Assembly (NCBI RefSeq): GCF_964355755.1
Contig: NC_092676.1
Coordinates: 24,632,871 to 24,696,870 of the forward strand
Length of the DNA stretch: 64,000 nucleotides
Origin: Antedon mediterranea
Lineage: Eukaryota > Animalia > Echinodermata
Direction: 5' to 3'
The position numbers and the translations under genes are program-made. The notes beneath the pieces are model-generated. The model was not told the origin of the DNA, ran no database searches, and saw only the letters and a list, made by a program, of their open reading frames with translations. Shown here piece by piece: positions 13,601 through 24,554 of this stretch. Positions within the stretch are counted from its first letter, which is position 1. Every line of letters begins with the position of its first letter.

Positions 13601-15976
13601 CCAATCGTCATGCAGTACACACCAATGGTCATGCAGTACACACCAATCGTCATGCAGTACACACCAATCGTCATGCAGTACACACCAAACATCATGCAGT
13701 ACACACCAATCGTCATGCAGTACACACCAATCGTCATGCAGTACACACCAATGGTCATGCAGTACACACCAATTGTCATGCAGTACACACCAATCGTCGT
13801 TCACATTTATCATGCAGTACACACCAATCGTCATGCAGTACACACCAATCGTCATGCAGTACACACCAAACATTATGCAGTACACACCAATTGTCATGCA
13901 GTACACACCAATCGTCATGCAGTCAAATCTTGCGTAATTTATACCGCCACCTATCGACAAAATCGAATATCACGTGAGGTTTATTAGACGGCTGTAAAAC
14001 TAAGACTATTTAAACTTCTTTTATGGAATTCAATAATTGCAATGGCCTCCTAGCCGCGCCTGTGTCTCGCATAGTAAATTATTGTACATATAAAAAACAG
14101 AGCATTCACAGAGATGTGTAGCGGTTAAAATAAGTACAGTATGTCAAACATAAAAGAAATCTTAGAGTCGATGGCCTAGTTTTACAGCCGTCTAATAAAC
14201 GTCACGTGATATTCGATTTTGTCGATAGGTGGCGGTATAAATTACGCAATATTTCACTGCATGACGATTGGTGTGTACTGCATGACGATTGGTGTGTACT
14301 GCATGACAATTGGTGTGTACTGCATGACCATTGGTGTGTACTGCATGATGTTTGGTGTGTACTGCATGACGATTGGTGTGTACTGCATGATGTTTGGTGT
14401 GTACTGCATGACGATTGGTGTGTACTGCATGACCATTGGTGTGTACTGCATGACCATTGGTGTGTACTGCATGATAAATGTGAACGACGATTGGTGTGTA
14501 CTGCATGACCATTGGTATGTACTGCATGACCATTGGTGTGTACTGCATGACCATTGGTGTGTACTGCATGACGATTGGTGTGTACTGCATGACCATTGTG
14601 AACTGAAGGCAGAGGAGGCGTTCCATACATTCGACTTATGTAAAATCACATAATAGTTTACTTCGATTGAAAAATGTTCACTTACCGATAGTAAATGCGG
14701 CAAGGTATATTCCAATATTAGAAAAACCGACAATAGTTCTAAATACTGTAAACCACCAATAGCCAGGTGCAAATGCCGTCGCTATACCAAATACAAGAGT
14801 TATGAACATACACAGAAACATCGTCTTTTTACGGCCAATTCTAATGATAGAATCAAAATTATGGAATAATAATATTTTTCTTATATATCACAATGTTTCT
14901 AAGCGCTTCACATTAATTTGTTGAGATCGAACACGGACGGAAACATTCTCCCATAAAGTTGTGTCTTGATCTAACCGAGTACCCATTTATATACCTGGGT
15001 GGAGAGAGGCAAACGTAAGTAAAGTGTCTTGCCCAAGGATACAAGCAATGCGGCGATAGTTGGATTCGAACTCACGATCAGTAGTCGAGCGTCCACTCTG
15101 CATCACACGTCCTCGGAAATATAGTACAGTATAAAGTAATAATTATAATTATAATAATATTCCAGATTTTACAAAGTACTAAATGTTGTGACCACTAAGC
15201 GCTATTATTACCCCAGTCATTTTTAGAAGAAACACGTATGGAAACATACTTCCATACAGCTAGTAGTAGCAACGCAAAGTTCAAACCTTATTTGTTTGTG
15301 TCAGTTATCAGTTATTATTAATGATTATCGGATGACAACGTTTGAAAAAGAAATTAAGAGAAATCAATGTATACTTACATATCAGCAAGAGATCCAAAAA
15401 CAAATGATCCTACCAAAACACCTGCAAAATAAATTGATTGAGAAAGTGATGCCTTGTATCCGTCGTCACACACGAGATCAAACTGCAATAAAATTTAATT
15501 ATGTTCATTGAAAAAGTAAGTTATTATCACCCGATTCTGTAGCTCTGTAACAATAGAGTACTTACGTCTTGGATGACAGTTGCTTTGTACTGACTTCTGT
15601 CATATTCCCACCCATCTTCACATTCTTCTATATCTGGATCTGACAACTTGCAGCGCTCAGTATCTTCATCAAATTCAGAATATGTGACGTCACAACGTCT
15701 GCAGTTATTCTCCCGTAATATGGTGTCTTCGTCATCTTCAGGAATTGTTATATTGTACTTCAACGCATTACAGGTGTTCTTGTCTAGGCCCCAGGAATAG
15801 CAGTCTTGACGTTCAAGTTGCGGGGTCTTGCACCAATGGTCAGTGGTGGGGGCTAGAAATACTATAGCGACTTCAGGAAACAAGGTTGTTACGCCCGTGA
15901 AGCATAGAAGGAAATACACTCGCTGTTGATAAAAACCAAACTCTCCAAGATACTGGAGAATGTCGTCAAACTTCAT
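10628..15976 (-). CDS. SLC22-family organic cation transporter-like gene, copy 3 (10 exons: 15566-15976, 15379-15482, 14686-14840, 13329-13497, 12844-12988, 12502-12593, 12088-12296, 11567-11675, 11025-11234, 10628-10733)
   Basis: Same exon sizes and motifs as copy 2, TAG stop at 10628-10630. The exon 7 acceptor is GAG rather than YAG. Confidence 0.9.
10818..10935 (+). mobile_element. tRNA-derived SINE head (tRNA-Gly-like); paralogous copy at about 17208-17320
   Basis: GGGGCTGTAGCTGGTGGTCAACGTGCTTGCCTTCCAGC...CCGGGTTCAATCC shows A/B boxes and a GCCTTCCA anticodon arm, but the cloverleaf is imperfect and unrelated 3' sequence follows. Lies in intron 9 of copies 3 and 4. Confidence 0.6.
13531..14627. 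mobile_element. Foldback DNA element, about 1.1 kb, with about 460-bp inverted arms containing 21-bp tandem repeats and a 5-bp TSD (CATTC)
   Basis: Termini TATGGAACGCCTCCTCTGCCTTCAGTTCACA and its exact reverse complement. Repeat unit CATGCAGTACACACCAATCGT, inner unique inverted segment of about 80 bp, spacer of about 175 bp. CATTC on both sides; absent from the paralogous intron of copy 2 (about 7515-7530). Confidence 0.9.
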
Positions 15977-16349
15977 GTTTTCCCTTTAAAATGTTGAAGG
16001 AACATGAAAAAGCATCCGATTTCTAATCAAATGTCTGATAAATGACAAGTGTGTGAACGACAGTGTACTTTGTACAGGTGTTTTTAATTGGTCGTTAGAT
16101 ACACCAATTATGTTATAACAGAACTTGGCAGTTATTTAGTTTATATTTTTTTATCATTTAACTTCGTCATGTGTGATAACAAAGTCAACTTAACGAATTA
16201 CGATAACACGTATATAGGTGCATCATCATACAAGCAGAATCATCTGACGTTTCATACAAAATACATCCTATGGGTTGGTGAACCCCGCTCCAATACATCC
16301 TTCTTTGGAAGATGCCATCTAAAGATGTACATCACACAAGATTCTCTAA

Positions 16350-16535
16350 AGGGTCTTTCACACCTGTTCCGACACGGTTCCGGTCTGGCGCTGGCAAATC
16401 AAATCGAACGTCAATGTTTCGTTTTCACGCGGGTTACGCGCTAATCGATTTGCGCATAGCCGTGTGGAGCTTCGTGAAAACAAAACATTGACGTACATTC
16501 GATTCGCCAGTGCCGGAACAGGTGTGAAAGACCCT
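16350..16535. mobile_element. Palindromic PIF/Harbinger-type MITE, 186 bp, TAA TSD
   Basis: TIR AGGGTCTTTCACACCTGTTCCG...CGGAACAGGTGTGAAAGACCCT flanked by TAA on both sides. Empty site CTCTAAAGTGAG at about 9257-9268. Confidence 0.88.
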
Positions 16536-17016
16536 TAAAGTGAGCTCATAATCATGTATTTGTAACTCTAATTCAATTAACTTACAAAAATAATTAAAAC
16601 AACAATTTGTATATATTATATATTTGTTTAATATTAACATGTATTTTGAACCTCAATGGCAATAATTATGTCCTTATTTATCGTCGTTGTCTTAAGTCAA
16701 AATGTGATATGCCCATATATGGGTATGATGATGTCATACCACTACCCTATTTGCGCATACCACTATCATATTTGGGCACATCACACCCTTTTCACAACTA
16801 GTTTGATAGTGTAGGCAGAGCTTTCAAATTATCATTTCCTGAAGACCTTTTAAATTGGAAACAGTCGTCAAGCTAATTTAATTCGAAATGGACGAGTATA
16901 CTTTAGTATACCGTCTTCTATTGTGGTTTTAGGTGACCGTGGACATGTTCAGCACCAACAATATTTTCTTGACTGACAATGAACAATATACTTCGGGTCT
17001 TTACTCGACTCTCACT

Positions 17017-20000
17017 CTATTCTACCACTTCATATGCTTGGTTTGTAAAACTGCTTTCAATATCCACTTGTCCACAGTAGTCAACCATCGTAGGTTTACT
17101 TGTTGGTTCTTTAGGCTTAACCTTTTTTCTGTAAAATGACGATATTGATAAGTAAGATTTAATCGTCATTTAATATTTACAATAATTATTGTTTTAATTC
17201 ACAAATGTAGTGGGGCTGTGACTTGGTGGTTAACGTGCTTGCCTTCCATCCCCAAGATCCGGGTTCAATCCTGACCTGGTGCCAGGTTTGTAACTCACGA
17301 CTCTTTCAACTACACTCCCTAACAAATGAGGCTTAGTTTATAAGCACGATACATTATAAAATACTTTATCCATCCTGTAATTGGCGAGTTTGTGCTCGCT
17401 GTTGAATACGTATGAAATAAATTAAAATAAACAAAACGTTGACTGTTTTATTGTTTTATGAACATACTTTCCAAAGTTTTCTCCATCTTCTATTGTTTCT
17501 GGTAGATCTTGATTAAGTGTTTCAGGAAGCAATAGTGCTAAGAATCCTGCAGATATTGACATTAAGCTGAAAATCATCAGTGGTAAGGGAGGCCATATCT
17601 TTCCAATTTCCAAAATAATGGGGGCGAGTATACCCCCAATACGAGCCGACATGGACGATGTACCCATACCAGCACTCCTGTAAATGATAAATTGATTTTG
17701 CCTAGGTTAGTCAGTTTTTACCTATTAAATTATTCACGAAATTGTTTGGCTGGTTCAGTTTAAAATGTAGACAAGTTTTGACCAAAAACATACGTTGTTC
17801 TGATTGGTACAGTTTTCAATAAAAATGTTCCCCAATATCGACTTACCTGACTGGAGTGGGATACAGTTCAGCAGAAAACACATATATTATACCAAACGAA
17901 GCAGCAATTCCGAATTTCCCAATAAGAGACACTGTAGTCCTACCCCATCCCATAGCTACGAAAGAACATTGAAGATGTTAATTTCACGATTGATAGTTTT
18001 TACAAATATTAAAATCTCGAGTTATCTGTATCTTCAATATGTGGTGGAATATTATTACCACGCCCTCTGTCGCCTTCAGTACGATTTCCACATGCCTTAC
18101 TAAATGAAAAAATCGTAGAACTACTCATAGTGTGTTTATGAGAGTTTGTTCTATATTGTACTGGGTACAATAATTCATGCTACAGCAATATTTAAAGTAC
18201 TTACGGACCCATATGGTTGTTAAACAAGCTACACCTCCCAATACCATAAAGGCACACAGTACTCGTTTGCGACCAAATCTATCAATAGCAGGTATAGCCA
18301 CAATGAATGCCGGTATTTCAACAACACCAGAAAGTATAAACGCTAAATAGTCTCTGCCACCCAGACTTGCTGTGCTTAGTGACAGTCCATAATATACAAG
18401 ACTATTCACAAACCTACAAACAAATTAAGTGAAAAAAATAGATATTTACTATTAATATCGTAATATATTTGTAAGACGCTAATTGATTATACTTTACATT
18501 TGATTATGGTGTAGGTCTAGAATAAAAACATAGATTAGTATATTGTTTATTACCAATTGAAAAGAATATTAAATGTTTTCATTCGCAAGTTTGGAGTCCG
18601 AAAAAGGTCGACTACGGTGTAGGTGACGTCATGTTCTGCCTTCTCCTAAACAATAAATAAAATCAATTAATACCAAAGAACTTATACAAGTTCTTTGATT
18701 AATACATAAATCCGTTTTGGTATTAAAATGTTGTATTAAATTTCGTTTCATATTTATTTGTGGAATTGAGAGAATAATTGCGGTCCAGCTCGATACACGC
18801 ATTCATTGTTTGATGATTTTAACCATGTTAAAATTGTACCACACTGAACCTATAACTTTAAATCCTATGCATTTTTACATTCTATCCACAGTGGCCCATA
18901 CCTTGTTACCATACCATACAATACAGACAATTACGTTACACCAACAAAACTTTCATTTGTGAAAGATGGTTCTACCTTCTTTTTATCGTCACATAATTTA
19001 TGAATTTATCAATTTTTACCATTTCAGCTTTCTGTTCTTCAAACAAATTCTCAGGTAGTTCGTCCAAACTAGCTTTGTTAATTTTAGCACATTCTTTGAT
19101 GAGTTCTTCTGCTTCATCAAATCTTTTCTGTGATATCAGCCATCGTACAGACTCAGGAATAACTCTGAAACGAATACAAAAATTATTAATGATGAATAAA
19201 ATTGTATTTATAAAAAATTAATGGACTAATCAGTACAGAGAACATTTTTCCCAGTCTAGAGAAGCAAAATGCTAAACTGCTACAAATTCATTTAATGATA
19301 ATAGCAAAAAAAAAACCCCAAAAAATACGAAACTATGCTTCCTATCGACTATCAGTTAATCGATTATCAGCTAATGGTTAATCAAACTTTGAAAATGTTC
19401 AATGCAATTTCCCCTTCCCAATTTCTTGTCACTGCATTGTATGTTTAAAAATAAACAGGACACAGTATAATGTATGCCTTGGATGTTTAAAAAAATGTCA
19501 AAAACAAATTAAATAGATACGGTAGTAATACTGTGATGGCACAGTTACAATCCGTCATGCTTGATTAATATTGATGAATGACGTAATGCGCAAACATATA
19601 TTAGTTGGTTACGAATATGGGTTAGTGTACACATGCGTTGTTTTGTACTTGTCAGAAGAAATTTAAATTTACCGACATGACAATACTACTTACGGGATCA
19701 TCAGAAAGTAAAGTGCACTGGGTAATGTTATAGTAAGTTGTAACCATCGCCAATCCCTGATAAAGTATGCCAGAATACCATAGATGATGAGGCCAGATGA
19801 AGTGTAGAAGTTGATCACCATGCCAACAAACGTACGTTTTGACGGACCAACAAGTTCAGTTGCTAAACAAATTTAAAGATATTCTTTAAAGCATGCAGTA
19901 ACGACTATGAGCACTCACTGGCTAAACCCAGGGGTCCCAGAAAGAAAATACAATTCCAAAAAATATACAAACAAAATGTATAAAAGTACTCTATTTAGGA

Positions 20001-22020
20001 AACCGTCCTTCAAACAAGTTTATGTCGATGTGCTGTCGTCTCCTGTGGCTGCCTTTTGTTTTAATACCACCATTGCAGCAATGGCTTTTTTCGACCGTCT
20101 GTTCTCTATAGTGTTGCATGATCCTTTAGAATTCCAAAACAAGAGGCCTTTTATTACTGCGTTATCAAACAAAGTATCATCATTTTTAATATATTTACTT
20201 ACCAATAGTAAATGCTGCAAGATATGTTCCAATACAAGAAAAGCCAACAATAGTTCTAAATATGGTAAACCACCAGTAGCCAGGTGCAAATGCCGCCGCT
20301 ATACCAAATACAAGAGTTATGAAGTTGGCAAGAAACATCGTCTTTTTGCGACCAATACTGTGAAACAATTAACAGTAAAAATACTATAAGAAATGAAATC
20401 GTGACAGGGGCATTTCGGTTTAAGGATATAGGTATAATGACGTTTTTATGGGTTTATTTAATTGGCAAAATTTTTGCAAAGTAGGCCTACAAAATATTTA
20501 TAATTGCTTTGTGTGTTTGTATGTAGGAAAAGTTTGTTTGCACGAAACCTTTCCACAATTGTACTAATTTTGTTTTCTTATTGAAAATAGCTACATACTA
20601 AAATGTATATATTGTTGATGAAATCAAAATACTCGAGTTATCTGCATCTTCAATATTATACAGAAATATTAAATAGCACGCCCTCTGTCGCTCACTGTAT
20701 TTAAAGCACTTAAATTCACTGTTTATTGTTTATTTTCTTCCTATCTGTGGTTGTGTATGTGTGTTTATTTGGATTTTCGGTTAATCAGATTTTAAATGAC
20801 GCAAAGATTCGAATGCATGATTGTAAGTAGTATCAGCACCATTGTGTTACTGTTATTACAAAGTACGCTTATGTGCCTGATTAGGTGTGTTAGTTAGATA
20901 AGATTACACACAGTAGCACAAAAGGCGTTATCAGTGTCATCAACAAGAGAACTCATCATATTTGTTTTGTTAGATATTAATAATAATAAATTAGTAGTTA
21001 TGACAAATGAATGTATCTAAAACATTTAGTGTCTGGTGATTGATTTTTCACTAATAAAGTATTATTATCTGTTTTAATTTAAGTTCTGGTTCGACCGGAG
21101 GAAACTAGACTTGCCCGAAGTCTGTTGTCGTCTTTTTTTATAATATTATTAGTCCACCAGTCGGTGTTTTTGTCTGAGCTCAAGTATAATATGTATGAAA
21201 CGCTATATATGCCAAAATATGTTGTATTAATTTCAGTCTAGATTCTAGACTAGGGGGAAAACAAGAAAGGAGTTTCCCCTCACTAAAATCCTTTTTTTTA
21301 ACAGCTCGCATTCAATGCGTTCCAAAAAAATGAAACCGGCCTTTCAATTCACTACACGACGTATGAAAGGCCTAAAGAGCATTTTAAACAATCGTTTAGT
21401 TGTACTTACAAATCAGCAAGAGCACCAAAAACAAATGATCCTACCAAAACACCTGCAAAATAAATTGATTGAGAAAGTGATGCCTTGGATCCGTCGTCAC
21501 ACACGAGGTCGAACTGCAATAAAAAGTAATAATTATAATTACAGTACGTTCGATCATCGAAAAAATAGGTTAGCTTCTTATATGAAAGAAGTATGTGTTC
21601 TGTACTTACATCTTGTATGACAGTTGCTTTGTACTGACTTCTGTCATATTCCCATCCATCTACACATTCTTCTATATCTGGATCTGACAACTTACAGCGT
21701 TCAGTATCTTCACCAAATTCAGAATATGTGACGTCACAACGTCTGCAGTTATGCTCCCGTAATATGGTGTCTTCGTCATCTTCAGGAATTGTTGCATTGT
21801 ACTTTAACTCATTACAGGTTTCCGTGTCTAGATCCCATGAAAAACAGTCCTGTCGTTCGAGCTGTGGGGTCTTGCACCAATGGTCAGTCGTGGGGGCCAA
21901 AAATACCTGGGCTACTTGATGAAACATCGTCGTAATGGCCATAAAACATAAAAGGAAATATATTCGCTTTTGATAGAAACCGAATTCTCCAAGATACTGA
22001 AGAATATCGTCAAACTTCAT
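17017..22020 (-). CDS. SLC22-family organic cation transporter-like gene, copy 4 (10 exons: 21610-22020, 21410-21513, 20203-20357, 19694-19862, 19020-19164, 18554-18645, 18205-18413, 17847-17955, 17468-17677, 17017-17128)
   Basis: Same exon sizes and SLC22 motifs ([23 protein letters not shown]), TAG stop at 17017-17019. Introns 1-8 are diverged from those of copies 2 and 3. Confidence 0.93.
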
Positions 22021-23431
22021 CTTTGCTGTTTTTTAATGCGGCATTTATTTAAACGATAAAGCTGTCAAGTAAATGACAGTGAGATGAATAACAATTTAAG
22101 GGTGTACTACAATGTACTTTGAACTGGTGTGGTGGTGAATTGGTAGCTGGATAATTTAAACCAGTGTATACCGGTATTGAGTCAGTGGATATTATCAATT
22201 TTCGTATCACAATGAGATCGCGCAAACAGCTGACGAGGGGACGATTTAATAATAATTTGAAGATGTATTGTCCCCCAAAAACATTAAAAATAGAGGTTAT
22301 ATTAAAGTCACTGCAGACAAATGTTTAAATTCAACCAAAAACCCATTGACTAGCAGCCAATTTGACTATTTCTTCCTTTAAATTTATTACAGTTTTTTAA
22401 GTAAATACATTTTTTTATCCAATTTTTGGTCATAGTGGATAACTATTAGGTGACATTAAAATGCTAATAAAATGCTAATGCTTATAATTCGTCTCATGCG
22501 CAATAAAGTACTGATAAGGCAAAGTTATTTCCATTGTGGTCCTAAACAAATATTACAGAATAAACAAGAAAAAACACACTTAAGTAAACAGAATAAAAAC
22601 ATACATATAGCAAAGGAGAATGTTATAGTGGGACCATGTCTGTTGGCTGTTAGTGAAACACAATTGCTTGTCACAATATTTATTTATAATTTAATTAAAT
22701 AATTATTTAACAAAAATGATAGATGAGATGACAAACACAAGGGTGTGTTGCACCCCTAATAATACGGCATTATTTAATTTTATTCCATAATCAATTTTAA
22801 CGAAGTGATTAATCATCGTCATCAAAATAATGTAGTAAATTTAATAAATAAATAAATGCTACCACCTACGACAAATAGATCGGACTATCAATCGATGGTG
22901 GCGGTATTTCTGTATTTTTGTAAACAAACATCTGGTTTTAATTTTACGCTGTTCATTTTCCCTGGTTGGTTTATAATAATTATAATATTTATTTATTCAA
23001 CGTTATTGTAGACCAGTTTGTATAGCTAATAAATGTGTTTCTTTAGACAAGGTCTAGGTCTAGTTAGGACTATTCTAGTAGTACAATATGTAAATTAATG
23101 TAGGCCTAACCTCTAATTAAATAAGCATACACTCTACTCTACTGTACTACTACTATACTACAGAATACAGTACTATACTACTGGACCAGCTAGGTAGTAG
23201 TAGTGCAGTAGTAGTAGGTGGTAGGCCTAGCTAGTTTGTTTCTAGGGAGTTACACTACAGCACAGCAGTACTATAAGCGCCCTATGGTAGTGCATCACTG
23301 ACTGGCAACGGTTGGCCTGTATTATTTGTACAAACAATGCGGTCTCACTTCCCTCGCCTCTCTCTGGCCTACTATCATGCACTACTGTTTAATGTGTCCA
23401 ATACTATTTGTTTGCAGGCAGAGGAGAAGCA

Positions 23432-23971
23432 ATGTTTCAGCGTTCTAGGGTGCACTGTTTGTCTGAGATTACAGACTTCCTATTTGTCACAAGTTTCAGA
23501 GGAGCAGATAGTCCGACAGCTTTGCGTGCTAAAGGGATTACATGCATCATCAATGCAACGTGTGATAAACATACAAATCACGACATGTCTGGCTTTGACG
23601 TGATCTCTATACCTGTAAACGACGTCCCAGAGGCAAATCTCCGACAATATTTCGATGTTGTGGCAGAGAAGATTCGCAGCGTGAAAAAGGATGGAGGGAA
23701 AACAGTTGTTCATTGTCACGCAGGAAGAAGCAGATCCGTCACTCTTGTGTTAGCTTACCTGATGCGCTGTGAGCACATGACTTTGCACGACGCTTACAAA
23801 CTGGTTAAACTTCGCAGGGAGTTAGTTCGTCCAAATATTGGATTTTGGATACAACTATGTCATTATGAAAAAAAAATGTATGGCAAAAACTCTGTGCAGA
23901 TGATTCCATCACCTATTGGAACTATTCCAGATGTTTATAGTAATGAAACTAAAAACATGTGGCCCATTTAA
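23432..23971 (+). CDS. Atypical dual-specificity phosphatase, DUSP14/18/21-like, single coding exon, 179 aa
   Basis: SEITDFLF, GITCIINAT, general-acid Asp in IPVNDVP, catalytic VHCHAGRSRS (CX5R), AYLM, RPNIGFWIQL, C-terminal SPIGTIPDVY. A splice acceptor TTTGCAG just upstream of the ATG implies a 5' non-coding exon. Confidence 0.92.
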   Translation: MFQRSRVHCLSEITDFLFVTSFRGADSPTALRAKGITCIINATCDKHTNHDMSGFDVISIPVNDVPEANLRQYFDVVAEKIRSVKKDGGKTVVHCHAGRSRSVTLVLAYLMRCEHMTLHDAYKLVKLRRELVRPNIGFWIQLCHYEKKMYGKNSVQMIPSPIGTIPDVYSNETKNMWPI

Positions 23972-24554
23972 AAATGTAATAAAAATATTAAATATTAAAA
24001 TGTGTACAGAAAACACTGTACTGTATAATATACAATTTGTATAATAATTTGCTTAAAATGATTCCTGCCAGGCACGACCACATGTATGTAAATATTATAA
24101 TATTAAAGACATAAACTAAATAACTTGGTCTTTCTATAATATTTTATCAACACCCTATTTAATTGCAATCAATTGATGATTTTAATTGCTTGTTTGTTTT
24201 TATTTTGGCAATAAAAGTGAATGAATATTCAATATAAAAAATTTAAAATTAAAGCTTCATGTCTGGTTTTTATTTGTATTGTTTCTGAAATTTTTATGAA
24301 ATTTCACTAAAAAAAACCGTGGCAAATGCGTGTTTTCTGAAACAATAGTTGTTTTGTTATTATTTTTAATCCCTGGTTTAGTTCCCTATTGAATAATGGT
24401 ATCGTCCATTATGCGGAAGTAATTCAGTTGTGGTAAAACAGTACTTACTACACTAGGAGTGTATGAGGCTGCTTGTAAAAGAATACTTTCACTTTACTTG
24501 TTTTTCATTAAAAAAGAAGAGAGGTCATCTTTCTTTTTTGACGATTGCTGAGTC

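Noticed and set aside
13532-14772. Repetitive His/Cys-rich ORFs and a superficially CRISPR-like 21-bp array
   Set aside because: The units are contiguous with no unique spacers, there are no cas genes and the context is a eukaryotic intron. They are arms of a foldback element.
20020-20160. Coding-looking minus-strand stretch ([23 protein letters not shown]) in copy 4 intron 3
   Set aside because: Short, with no convincing splice sites or confident homology; probably a repeat relic.
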